A stretch of DNA of 64,000 bases from Candidatus Aceula lacicola (GCA_030765785.1 JAVCCC010000048.1:872-64871), one strand, 5' to 3'; counted from the first letter of the stretch, positions 41,561-50,501 are shown. Program-made: numbers and translations. The notes: generated by a model from the sequence alone, not told the origin.

Positions 41561-42481
41561 ATGATTTCAATTATTTTTCCCGTATTTAATGAACAAGAAA
41601 ATTTAGAAGAGTTGTATCAGCGTGTTCTTGCTGTTGCTTCAAAAGTGGATGGACATGATTTTGAGCTTGTTTTTGTTGATGATTGCTCGTCAGATCAAAC
41701 GCCAGAGATTTTGCGAAGTTTGCATTCGAAAGATAAGCGCGTCAAAGTCATTCGATTTGCTCGCAATTGTGGCGGACATGCGGCATTGACCGCAGGTCTT
41801 TATTATTGCAAAGGTGATTGCGCAATTACTTTAGCTGCAGATTTGCAGGATCCCCCAGAGCTTATTTTGGATCTAGTTGCAAGCTGGAAAGATGGTGCCA
41901 AGATTGTTTGGGCAGCTCGATCCAAGCGAGAGGGAGAAAGCCTTTCTGTGAAGGTTTTTTCAAAGCTTTATTATGCTTTTATTAACTTATTGACGGATGT
42001 GAAGATGCCAAATCTGGGGGTTGATGTTTTTTTAGCTGATCGTGTTGTTGTCGAATCACTTAAAAGTATGCCAGAAAAGCACAGCTCTATTTACATGGCT
42101 TTAGCTTGGCTTGGATTTCCTCAAACGACAATTGAATATGTTAAGGTAGCAAGGACAAAAGGTGCCTCTAAATGGAGTTTAGGCAAAAAGATAAAGCTGA
42201 TGATTGATTCGATCTTGTCTTTCAGTCATGTCCTTATTCGATATATGAGCATCTTGGGACTTGCGACAGCATTTGTTGGATTTGTTTATGCTGCATGGGT
42301 TGTTGGTAAAGCAATCTTTTTTGGATTGGCGGTTGAAGGGTGGTCTTCTTTGATTGTGGCCATTCTGGTTGTTGGTGGTGTCCAGATGATGATGCTTGGT
42401 GTTTTAGGAGAGTATTTGTGGCGAACATTTGATGAATCAAGACGAAGACCACGTTTTGTTATTGAATACAAAATTGATTAA
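41561..42481 (+). CDS. GtrB/ArnC-like polyprenyl-phosphate glycosyltransferase (GT2)
   Basis: PVFNE, VDDCS.D, RN.G...A..AG, DLQDPP, G.SKW, two C-terminal TMs, GEYL.R...E..RRP. Confidence 0.9.
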   Translation: MISIIFPVFNEQENLEELYQRVLAVASKVDGHDFELVFVDDCSSDQTPEILRSLHSKDKRVKVIRFARNCGGHAALTAGLYYCKGDCAITLAADLQDPPELILDLVASWKDGAKIVWAARSKREGESLSVKVFSKLYYAFINLLTDVKMPNLGVDVFLADRVVVESLKSMPEKHSSIYMALAWLGFPQTTIEYVKVARTKGASKWSLGKKIKLMIDSILSFSHVLIRYMSILGLATAFVGFVYAAWVVGKAIFFGLAVEGWSSLIVAILVVGGVQMMMLGVLGEYLWRTFDESRRRPRFVIEYKID

Positions 42482-42487
42482 AATTTT

Positions 42488-44320
42488 ATGAAGCAAAAAC
42501 ATTTTATATTTTCAATAAGCGTTCTAGCGCTTATGATGATCTCGCTTGTTGTCAAGCATCTCAGTCCGTCTTTAATCGAACATCTTTATGCAAATAAGCA
42601 GCTGCTTGTCCTAAATCTTTTTTCAGGTAATTTTGATGTAACTGTGCAATCGCTTGATTTCTATTTAGGGCGATCACGGGAAGTTGTTTTTGGACCGCTG
42701 AGCATGGTTTTATCCGGAATAGCGCTTATTCTATTTTGCTTGCGATACTTAAAACAATTAAATTTCTGGAAATTTACCGCTACTTTTTTCATTTATTTTG
42801 TAATCACAAAGTTTGAAGTTTTATTTTTTCCTCCTTATGGGGATTCGGCAAGCGGTCCTGTCATTGAAGCGATTTGGCTTTTGCATAATAATTTCAACTA
42901 TGCAAAGCTGGCTGGAGAAGAGGTGTTTGTTCGCGGAGGACCAAAGGTTTATTTGTTCTCGCTCTACCCAACGTATTTGGCATTGTTGATGAAAATGATT
43001 CCTCATACCAAGACATTTTTGGCAGTTAATCATTTAATCATTTTTGGTCTAAGTGCTGTGATTTTTTCTTTTTTCCGCTCAATCGCACGCAAGATTTTTG
43101 ATGAGAAATTGTCCGTCCTGTTGTCTATTTTTCTTTTATCTTTGCCGTTAGTTCAGAGTCAGATTGAACAAATCAATATGGAGATTCCTGTTTTATTTTT
43201 TATTGTATTGTCACTTTATTTTTTGTCCGAAAAAAAGATTTTGCATGCATCTATTTTTTCTGGTTTAGCCGTTTTCACTAAGCTTTATGCTGCGTATATG
43301 GGTGGGGCTGTGTTCTTTGTTGGGTTGTATTTATTTTTCTTTGGACAAGAACAGAAGAAAGATTTTAAGGTTCTTGGATCGAGCATTCTTTCTATATTCT
43401 TTGTGATCACAGGAGCCTTGTGCCTTTTTCTTTTTATGGATCTTGGCGGGAAGATTGATAAGGTAGGTGCGTTTCAGGGGTTTGCTCTGATGAAAACATT
43501 TCCGATTAGTTATTTTTATTTTTTAAGTTTAGTCGCATTTATTGCTTTTGCGTTTCGTGTTTTAAGGGAGCAAGGGAGGAACTCTTTCGACAATGTTGTC
43601 AATTTCTTAAACGATCATTACAGAGTAGTGGTTTTGTTTGTTTGTTCGACAGGATGGTTTGTTTTGTTCTTAAACTCTGGGTGGATCCCTCCACGGTATA
43701 CATTTATTTTGTTGCCGTCATTGATTTTAGGAATTTTTTACGTAATTCATATTCTCATCAGGAATAAAGAAATTGTGGCGCACGGAGTTATGGGTTTGAT
43801 TCTCGTCGAATTTTTGTGTTCATACGGTCTTGCATATACTCCTGTGACGATTCAAGATCATGCCATTGTGGAAAGAAGCCTTGAATATCGTAACGATGTT
43901 ATGTTGCATATGGAGCTCGCTCGTCTTGTTGAGCAAAAATATTCGAATTTAATCGTGGCAGCGCCTTTTACGTTTGCGCAAGCGTTGGCTTTTCCTGAAA
44001 TGGGTTTCACGCGAAAGAAATTAGATGTCATGATTTATTTGTTTCCCTGCACCTATGAGGGCATTAGGCATTTTGAAGGACTCGAGAACGTAAATCCAAG
44101 AGATGTTGTTTGGGTCGGAGTTAAAACGCCTTTTATGAAAATTGAATATCTCCCCAACGGGCCACATGACCTTGTCATTGAAGAATTGCAAGTTGGTAAT
44201 AAAAGTGCGAATTTATTTATTGGCGGGTTTTCTGTAAACGCTCTATATCATTATGGGCAGTCTTTGGTTAAGCAACTTGAGGCGCAAGGTATTAAGAAAT
44301 TAGAGCTTAAAGCCTACTAA
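42488..44320 (+). CDS. Polytopic membrane protein, probable GT-C-fold glycosyltransferase
   Basis: More than 10 TM helices, PPYGD loop motif, C-terminal soluble domain, context; no family signature recognised with certainty. Confidence 0.6.
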   Translation: MKQKHFIFSISVLALMMISLVVKHLSPSLIEHLYANKQLLVLNLFSGNFDVTVQSLDFYLGRSREVVFGPLSMVLSGIALILFCLRYLKQLNFWKFTATFFIYFVITKFEVLFFPPYGDSASGPVIEAIWLLHNNFNYAKLAGEEVFVRGGPKVYLFSLYPTYLALLMKMIPHTKTFLAVNHLIIFGLSAVIFSFFRSIARKIFDEKLSVLLSIFLLSLPLVQSQIEQINMEIPVLFFIVLSLYFLSEKKILHASIFSGLAVFTKLYAAYMGGAVFFVGLYLFFFGQEQKKDFKVLGSSILSIFFVITGALCLFLFMDLGGKIDKVGAFQGFALMKTFPISYFYFLSLVAFIAFAFRVLREQGRNSFDNVVNFLNDHYRVVVLFVCSTGWFVLFLNSGWIPPRYTFILLPSLILGIFYVIHILIRNKEIVAHGVMGLILVEFLCSYGLAYTPVTIQDHAIVERSLEYRNDVMLHMELARLVEQKYSNLIVAAPFTFAQALAFPEMGFTRKKLDVMIYLFPCTYEGIRHFEGLENVNPRDVVWVGVKTPFMKIEYLPNGPHDLVIEELQVGNKSANLFIGGFSVNALYHYGQSLVKQLEAQGIKKLELKAY

Positions 44321-45672
44321 GAGTCCTCACTCCAGAACGAATAAAAACTAAAAAAGACAATAGTCGGAAGAAGATAGAAGGCAATGCGACTTGCCGTGCA
44401 TTCTAGGCGCCAGGTAAGGTCGAAGTGTGCGGTTGTCAGGTAGACATATAATAAGGTGATAAAGAAGAGAGCGAAGAATGTCAGGAATATTTTGTTTTCA
44501 TTTCGAATGAGGTTTTTAGGTCTAAAGATTCCAAGAAGGACAACGAGCACCCATATAAAATTCCATCCTCGATTCAAAAGTTCTGTTTTATAAAACCCTA
44601 CAGTGGTAAGAAATCCCTTGATGTTACAGAATTCCAGCTCTTTTGTTAATGGATTAAATAAAACTTCTCTTGTCGGTGGCGCTAAGAATATTTTGAAAAT
44701 AAGAGTCGCCGCTCCTGTCATTGCGATGCCTATAAATAAGAATTTAATGATAGAGATTGCATTTGCACGATTTAAATCTTTATTTAAAAGAAGGTAGGCG
44801 GATGTAAGCCCTGATAGAAAGACGAGCATAACGATGCCTTCATTCTTTGCAAACGGCATAAACCCTAAGAAAAGCCCGGCGAGAAAAGCAATCCGATGAT
44901 TTTTTGTTCTAAGCATTGTTATAAGTAAAATGACACTTGAAAGAAGAAAATAGGATAAAATAACATCGGCATACTGTGTTGTGCTCCAGAAAATATAAGA
45001 CGGTGTTGACATAAGAAGAATGGAAGCAAGAAAGGCGATCCATTTTTTTATGAATTGAGACAATCCTGCATAAAGAAGAAGTCCGCAGGAAACTGAAAAT
45101 ATAATAGATGTCATTGATGCCGCAGCAATCATCCCTCTTTGAAATACCGAAAAAATCCATGTATTAATAAGAGGTAGAAGAATGGGGTAGCTTGGTTGCG
45201 TGTGCCAGTGAACCTTTGCGAAGTCTTTCCAGCGCTCTGCACCAAAAATAAGAAATTTTGCTTTCATGTTGTAAAGGCCCCACGCATCCCATCCTCCGAA
45301 AGGATATTGCTTTGATAAAATAGCGATAATAATAATAACGATACTCCAGCAGATGCCGCAGGTGACATAAAATTTGATATTGCTTTTTTGTTCAAGAAGA
45401 CTTTTGTCGTTATTGTCTGATGGAAAATAAAAGATATTGGCAATAAATAAGCCTAGCAATACGGTAAAATTGATTCCAAGGATAGCCGCTTGATTAAATT
45501 GGCCAAAAACAAAAAGGGAATAAAATGTCAACGTCGCAGACACGCCAATTCCAAGCCCAATAGAAAGGCAGAGTATGAGCGTCGTTGGAAGAGGTGGCTG
45601 ATCTTTTAAAATAATACGAATGATAAAGAACCCAATGAAAAGCGATATAAGGTAGGTTAAAAGATCAATCAT
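44317..45672 (-). CDS. Polytopic membrane protein, GT-C (GT39/ArnT-like) glycosyltransferase candidate
   Basis: GWDAW...KAKF, YP.LLP, YAD, KNEG motifs in a many-TM protein. Confidence 0.65.
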   Translation of the reverse strand: MIDLLTYLISLFIGFFIIRIILKDQPPLPTTLILCLSIGLGIGVSATLTFYSLFVFGQFNQAAILGINFTVLLGLFIANIFYFPSDNNDKSLLEQKSNIKFYVTCGICWSIVIIIIAILSKQYPFGGWDAWGLYNMKAKFLIFGAERWKDFAKVHWHTQPSYPILLPLINTWIFSVFQRGMIAAASMTSIIFSVSCGLLLYAGLSQFIKKWIAFLASILLMSTPSYIFWSTTQYADVILSYFLLSSVILLITMLRTKNHRIAFLAGLFLGFMPFAKNEGIVMLVFLSGLTSAYLLLNKDLNRANAISIIKFLFIGIAMTGAATLIFKIFLAPPTREVLFNPLTKELEFCNIKGFLTTVGFYKTELLNRGWNFIWVLVVLLGIFRPKNLIRNENKIFLTFFALFFITLLYVYLTTAHFDLTWRLECTASRIAFYLLPTIVFFSFYSFWSEDS

Positions 45673-46090
45673 TATAGCGCTCCGAGATTATTTTTCCAAA
45701 AGGATTGATATAGGTAGGTTTCGCGCGAATAATAGATAAAATTGCTTTTGCAGAATCTGGAGTCGGTGCATTGATTATATTTATCTTATGGCCTGGATTG
45801 CTAAGATCAAGCAAAACAGGGGCAAGCATGTATTGGGCCATCATGAATTGTCCGTCGTTATCCTCGGGTGTCGGAGTTATATCGCTTAAGAACCCAACAG
45901 CAGTTTCGTCTTTCAACTTGTCCTTAAGGTCAAAGTATTGAAAACCAGGCTCAGTTGATCTGTTTCCAATCGTTGTGATTTGCGCCATGATGCTGACAAA
46001 GTTGACCGCAAGATTAATCGCAATCAGCAGAATAATAATTCCGATAATAAAGCTGGTTAAATATGATATTTTTTTATTTTTTATTTTCAT
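45665..46090 (-). CDS. Small membrane-anchored hypothetical protein
   Basis: N-terminal TM, AQYMLAPVLL motif; overlaps start of the downstream GT-C gene. Confidence 0.7.
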   Translation of the reverse strand: MKIKNKKISYLTSFIIGIIILLIAINLAVNFVSIMAQITTIGNRSTEPGFQYFDLKDKLKDETAVGFLSDITPTPEDNDGQFMMAQYMLAPVLLDLSNPGHKINIINAPTPDSAKAILSIIRAKPTYINPFGKIISERYND

Positions 46091-46373
46091 GTTTTTAATA
46101 TTTGTTGAAAAACATTATAGCCTAAAAAGAACGCAAACACAATTTTTACGAGTAATTTAGAATAAAGATGGTAATTTGAAATATTTTCTCAAGAAGCAAC
46201 TTAACCTAAACAATCTGGATGTCAGTTGGCCATTTTTTTTAAAGATGGAGGTTCTAGATAAAGATTAACGCTAATAGCGTTGAAACAGTAAACGCTTTGC
46301 CTGTGAAAGCGATGGAACTTATGCCATTTGTTGTAATATATTCTTTGCAAAGCTGTAAAATCAGAAATATATT

Positions 46374-48026
46374 TTATGATAAAAGTTTTAATAAACGTTT
46401 TGGGAGAGAAATATTTCTTTTCTTTAATTCATTCAGATATTTTTCTGTTTCTCGTGATTTTCCTTCTCTTGAATAATCATAGAGAAAAAGCAAATATGCT
46501 CCGAGATTATCGGGATTAATTTCTAAGGCCTTATTTAAGAAAATTCTTGCTTCTTTTTTTCGATTTTGTCGATATCGTAACAGTGCAAAGCTTACATAAA
46601 TATCATCACCGGAAGGGTTGTATTTTACTTCTAAAAGGAATTCTCTTTCCGCTTTTTTAAGGTCACCTTCTTGAGCGTAAAGGTTTCCAAGGTTTTTATG
46701 AATTCTAATAAGTCTCGGATAAAGTGATAGAGCATAGAAATAACTTTTTTTTGCAGCCTCTTTAAATCCCATCATTTCGTACGTTCTGCCTAAATTGGCA
46801 TGAGCCGTTGGTAAGCTTGGCGAGCCTTGGACCGCCGCGTGCCAAAAATTCCAACTATTTTTAAGGATATTGCTATATTGAAAGGTTGTTCCGAAAAGCA
46901 AACTTATAGTAATAACAGTAAAAATAAAAAGTTTTTTTGGCTGTTGCACAAGTTTTTTTACAAGATTTGTTTCCATTAAAACAATTAGAAACCCGATTAA
47001 AGGAATATACATTCTATATTCATAAAAAGTAAGGCTAATGGCTAAGCCTGGTAAGAGGAACAATAAAAACCATAAAATTCCAAAAATGATATGCTTGATC
47101 CTTTTAGTTGGCGTTGCCCAGATAAGAAATCCGACAAAGAAAAAAACAATAATTCCAAAAATTAAAGAAGTGTTTTCGACAATCGGTGTTGGACAAAGGT
47201 TAAATGGTAAAATTGTTTTACCGAGATGAATTAGAAGGCTGGGCAAATTATGAAAAACAGATTTTAAAATAAGAAAAAGAGGCACTTCGGGAGATTGTGA
47301 AAGAACAGCGAAGCGTATAAGAAGCCAAGCACTAATAATCGATAGCCACGACAGCGGCAACCAAAGCTTTTGAATAAAAATCTTTTGTTTACAATATAAA
47401 AGGTAGGCGCAGAGCATCATTGCAATTGGGATAACGATGGCTGTTTCTTTTGTAAAAAGAGCAAAGATAAAAAAGAGTAAATGTCCAAAAAAATACCTTT
47501 TCTTGTCTGTTTCTAGAAAATACAAGAAATAAATGAAAGAAACTAAAACAAAAAAAGCAAAGAGAGTTTCTGTTCTGCCAGGAATCCACCCAACAGCAAG
47601 CGTCATCAAAGGGTGAACCGTAAAGATTAAAGAAAAACTAAGGGCAAGGGCTTTGTCGTATTTTAAGCGTTGAAATAAAAAGAAAACCAAACAGCAATTA
47701 ATCGCGTGCAAATTTAAATTTGTAAGCCGATAGCCCCAAAGTGAAGCTTTGTAAATAATGGTGTCGCTCATAAAGGAGAGCGTTAGAATAGGGCGATATA
47801 AAAAATCAGTTACAAAATCTGGTCTGAAGAAAGCTTCCAAAGCTCTTGACCAATCTTTTAAGAACCAGTGATACCGTATTAGCCAGACTTCATCATCAAA
47901 ATGTGTTAGATCAAAGAAGAGAGTTTTAAAAAATAAAAGAAATACGACAAAAACGATCCACCCATAAGGATGCCATGAAGAAAGAAAAATATTTGAAATG
48001 TTGAGAGATTTGTTTTCTTTTTTCAT
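46374..48026 (-). CDS. TMTC-like membrane protein O-glycosyltransferase with C-terminal TPRs
   Basis: FDD acidic motif after TM1, YRP, F.VHP...V.WI.GR, KETA, R.YIP, then TPR repeats (AHANLG, HKNLG, ALEINPD). Confidence 0.8.
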   Translation of the reverse strand: MKKENKSLNISNIFLSSWHPYGWIVFVVFLLFFKTLFFDLTHFDDEVWLIRYHWFLKDWSRALEAFFRPDFVTDFLYRPILTLSFMSDTIIYKASLWGYRLTNLNLHAINCCLVFFLFQRLKYDKALALSFSLIFTVHPLMTLAVGWIPGRTETLFAFFVLVSFIYFLYFLETDKKRYFFGHLLFFIFALFTKETAIVIPIAMMLCAYLLYCKQKIFIQKLWLPLSWLSIISAWLLIRFAVLSQSPEVPLFLILKSVFHNLPSLLIHLGKTILPFNLCPTPIVENTSLIFGIIVFFFVGFLIWATPTKRIKHIIFGILWFLLFLLPGLAISLTFYEYRMYIPLIGFLIVLMETNLVKKLVQQPKKLFIFTVITISLLFGTTFQYSNILKNSWNFWHAAVQGSPSLPTAHANLGRTYEMMGFKEAAKKSYFYALSLYPRLIRIHKNLGNLYAQEGDLKKAEREFLLEVKYNPSGDDIYVSFALLRYRQNRKKEARIFLNKALEINPDNLGAYLLFLYDYSREGKSRETEKYLNELKKRNISLPKRLLKLLS

Positions 48027-48035
48027 AGATTAAGA

Positions 48036-48107
48036 TGGGAGAGAGGCTTGAACCCTCGACTTTCTGTTCTTAAAGTAGATGTATTGCCTAAGCTACGCTG
48101 CTCTCCG
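48036..48107 (-). pseudogene. Degenerate tRNA-Pro-like gene
   Basis: Minus strand reads CGGAGAG CAGCGTAGCTTAGGCAATACA TCTAC-TTTAAGA-ACAGA AAGTC GAGGG-TTCAAGC-CTCTC TCCCA: T arm intact; D arm, anticodon stem and acceptor 3' side broken. Confidence 0.7.
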
Positions 48108-48210
48108 AATTATTAATTTTTATTATTATTTATCTGCAGTATCTGCAGTTAAATTTTTGATAGATAGATGCTAAAACCTTGGGCGCAATCTGTTCCGTGA
48201 GTCGAGGGAC

Positions 48211-48239
48211 ATTATATCACGAGAGTTCCAAAATCGCAA
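48211..48239 (-). promoter_or_regulatory. Stable-RNA-type promoter upstream of the pseudo-tRNA
   Basis: Minus strand TTGCGA, 17 bp, TATAAT with extended TG and GC-rich discriminator GTCCCTCG. Confidence 0.6.
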
Positions 48240-48513
48240 TTCGAGTTTCTTAGAGGCGATATGTGCTTTAAAGCGCATGCTTTTAGTCTATTTAATTTTA
48301 AAGAAATTAAATAAAAAATTATTCTAAAGCTATAAGATTCTTAGATTGGATTTAGAAGAATGCCCTAGCTTTTTTGATAATTTTTATTAAAAAGGATTTT
48401 TGAGAATTTATTTGCAAATATATTTGTATCGTTAATGTTACTGGCGTTCGTTTTGTAAAACAGGCGTAGGACGAAGCCGATTTTTAGCGCTAATAGCAGG
48501 GACAGCTTCACTC

Positions 48514-48542
48514 TTTACACGACACGATAATTTTGGTATAAA
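48514..48542 (+). promoter_or_regulatory. Promoter for the leader hairpins and tRNA-Arg
   Basis: TTTACA (48514-48519), 17 bp, TATAAA (48537-48542) with extended TG. Confidence 0.5.
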
Positions 48543-48561
48543 TAGTAACTATTTTTAAGGT

Positions 48562-48719
48562 CATGAATTGATATGATTTGCGCCTGGCCGACATTTTTTA
48601 TAGAGAGCGAGGAAGTCGGCACGTGCGCAATTCATCTATGCATGAATTAAGGAATTTGCGCCTGCCTGATTTTTGTAGGTTTTTAATAAAGGCAATCAGT
48701 GCGTGTGCATTTCCGCTAT
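48562..48719 (+). ncRNA. Two tandem about-79-nt hairpin units upstream of tRNA-Arg (unknown structured RNA)
   Basis: Both start CATGAATT..ATTTGCGCCTG and fold TGCGC-CTG-stem...stem-RCGT-GYGCA with compensatory changes. Confidence 0.55.
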
Positions 48720-48738
48720 ATAAAAATTTAAAGTTATT

Positions 48739-48812
48739 GCGCCTGTAGCTCAGCTGGATAGAGCACTAGTCTTCGGAACTAGGTGCCGGAGGTTCGAATC
48801 CTCCCAGGCGCG
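48739..48812 (+). tRNA. tRNA-Arg(TCG), CCA not encoded
   Basis: Acceptor GCGCCTG/CAGGCGC + G73; D arm GCTC/GAGC with A20; anticodon arm CTAGT-CTTCGGA-ACTAG; T arm GGAGG-TTCGAAT-CCTCC. Confidence 0.97.
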
Positions 48813-48859
48813 CTTTTTTATTCACTTACCTTATAGCTTTTTTCAAAAAAGGCGAATAG

Positions 48860-48889
48860 AAAACCCCTTCAAGAGGGGTTTTATTTTTT
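48860..48889 (+). terminator. Rho-independent terminator after tRNA-Arg
   Basis: AAAACCCCT-TCAAG-AGGGGTTTT followed by ATTTTTT. Confidence 0.8.
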
Positions 48890-48990
48890 GATATCTTTTT
48901 CCTCCAAAAAGAATAGTGAAATCATCTTTACAAAGACATCTTATTTTTATATGATGGGTTTATTAATTTAAACCTTTAATATCGACATAG

Positions 48991-50085
48991 ATGCAATCTT
49001 CTCTACAAAAAACACCTTTATACAAATTTCATTGTGAGCTAAATGCGCGCATGGTTGATTTTGGCGGATGGCTTATGCCTGTTCAATATGATGGCATTCT
49101 TTCTGAATATCATCAATGTCGAGAAAGCTGTGCACTTTTTGATATTTCTCATATGGGAGAATTTATTTTTGAGGGTGATCTTAAGCAGGATGGATTGGAC
49201 AAGATTTTAACATGTGAGACTTCAGGCATGTCCTTAGGCTCGTCTCGTTACGGGTTGATGCTTAATGAAAAGGGAGGCGTGATTGATGATTTGATTATTT
49301 TTTGTATTTCAGAAAAAAAATTTATGATCGTGGTTAATGCCTCGAATATTGAAAAGGATTTTGAGCATCTTAGAAACAATCTCTCAGACTCTTCTTTAAT
49401 AACAGATGTTTCTAGTAAAACGGCAAAGCTTGATTTGCAAGGCCCATTGTCTAGGGATGTTTTAAAAAAGATTGTTTTAGGCACAGAGGATCTGGAATAT
49501 TTTCGTTTTGATTCTTTCGATATTTTGGGAGAAGAGGGCATTGTAAGTCGAACAGGATACACAGGTGAGTTAGGATATGAAATTTTTTGTTCACCTAAGA
49601 AGGCAGAAGTTTTATGGCAAAAATTTCTAGACGACGATCGAGTAAAACCAGCGGGTTTGGGATCGCGAGATATTTTGCGAACAGAGATGGCCTATAGTCT
49701 TTATGGGAATGAGATAACAGAAGACACCTCTCCTTTAGAAGCGGGCTTAAGCCGTTTCATTTGTTTTGATAAGGAGTTTATTGGTAGAAATATTCTTTTG
49801 CAGCAAAAAGAAAATGGGATTAAAAGAAAGATTGTTTATTTTTTATCAGATAGTCGTCGCTCTCCTCGCCATGGACAAAGTCTTTATGCAAGTGATTCAA
49901 AAGAAATAGGCATTGTGACAAGTGGTATTTTCTCGCCGAGCATAGAAAAAGGAATTGGAATTGGATTAATTAATATTGACAGCGCATCAGATGGGGATAA
50001 AATATTTTTTGGAGATGAAAAGAACAAGATGCCTGCGATATTTACAAAAAGACCTTTTTATAAAAAAGGTTCTTTGAAAACTTAA
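48991..50085 (+). CDS. gcvT: Glycine cleavage system T protein (aminomethyltransferase)
   Basis: KTPLY..H, DFGGW.MPVQY, FDISHMGE, SRTGYTGE.GYE, GLGSRD.LR.E. Confidence 0.96.
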   Translation: MQSSLQKTPLYKFHCELNARMVDFGGWLMPVQYDGILSEYHQCRESCALFDISHMGEFIFEGDLKQDGLDKILTCETSGMSLGSSRYGLMLNEKGGVIDDLIIFCISEKKFMIVVNASNIEKDFEHLRNNLSDSSLITDVSSKTAKLDLQGPLSRDVLKKIVLGTEDLEYFRFDSFDILGEEGIVSRTGYTGELGYEIFCSPKKAEVLWQKFLDDDRVKPAGLGSRDILRTEMAYSLYGNEITEDTSPLEAGLSRFICFDKEFIGRNILLQQKENGIKRKIVYFLSDSRRSPRHGQSLYASDSKEIGIVTSGIFSPSIEKGIGIGLINIDSASDGDKIFFGDEKNKMPAIFTKRPFYKKGSLKT

Positions 50086-50111
50086 AAGATTATTTTAAAA
50101 GGAGTTGTATT

Positions 50112-50501
50112 ATGGGAAACGAAGAAGAATATTTGTATACAAAAGATCACGAATGGGTGTGTTTCGAAGATTCAATCGCATTTGTTGGTGTTGCTGATTA
50201 TGCGCAGAATGCTTTAGGAGATATTACATTCATCGAGTTTCCAGAGATCGGAGCGGAAGTTGAGCAGTTTGAACAGTTCGCTTCGGTTGAATCGGTTAAG
50301 GCTGCAAGCGATATTTTTTCTCCCATTTCAGGAAAAATTATTGAGGCGAATCAAGACTTGGCGTCAGCACCAGAGCTGATTAACAAATCTTGTTATGAAA
50401 AAGGGTGGATTTCAAAAATTGACCCATCTGATCTTGATGAAAAAGATAACCTGATGACATTCGAAGATTACAGTAAGTTTTTAGAAGGGCTAGATACTTG
50501 A
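50112..50501 (+). CDS. gcvH: Glycine cleavage system H protein
   Basis: HEW, DYAQ..LGD, VESVKAASD lipoyl-Lys motif. Confidence 0.97.
   Translation: MGNEEEYLYTKDHEWVCFEDSIAFVGVADYAQNALGDITFIEFPEIGAEVEQFEQFASVESVKAASDIFSPISGKIIEANQDLASAPELINKSCYEKGWISKIDPSDLDEKDNLMTFEDYSKFLEGLDT

Noticed and set aside
46250-46319. Hammerhead ribozyme
   Set aside because: GAAA follows a hairpin, but there is no CUGAnGA core and the cleavage triplet would be GUG.
48131-48148. TATCTGCAG tandem duplicate
   Set aside because: Two 9-bp copies only; no support for function.
48813-48990. Glycine riboswitch before gcvT
   Set aside because: No GGAGA/CCGAAG/CUCAGG aptamer motifs; the tandem hairpins at 48562-48719 lack them too and are separated from gcvT by a tRNA and a terminator.
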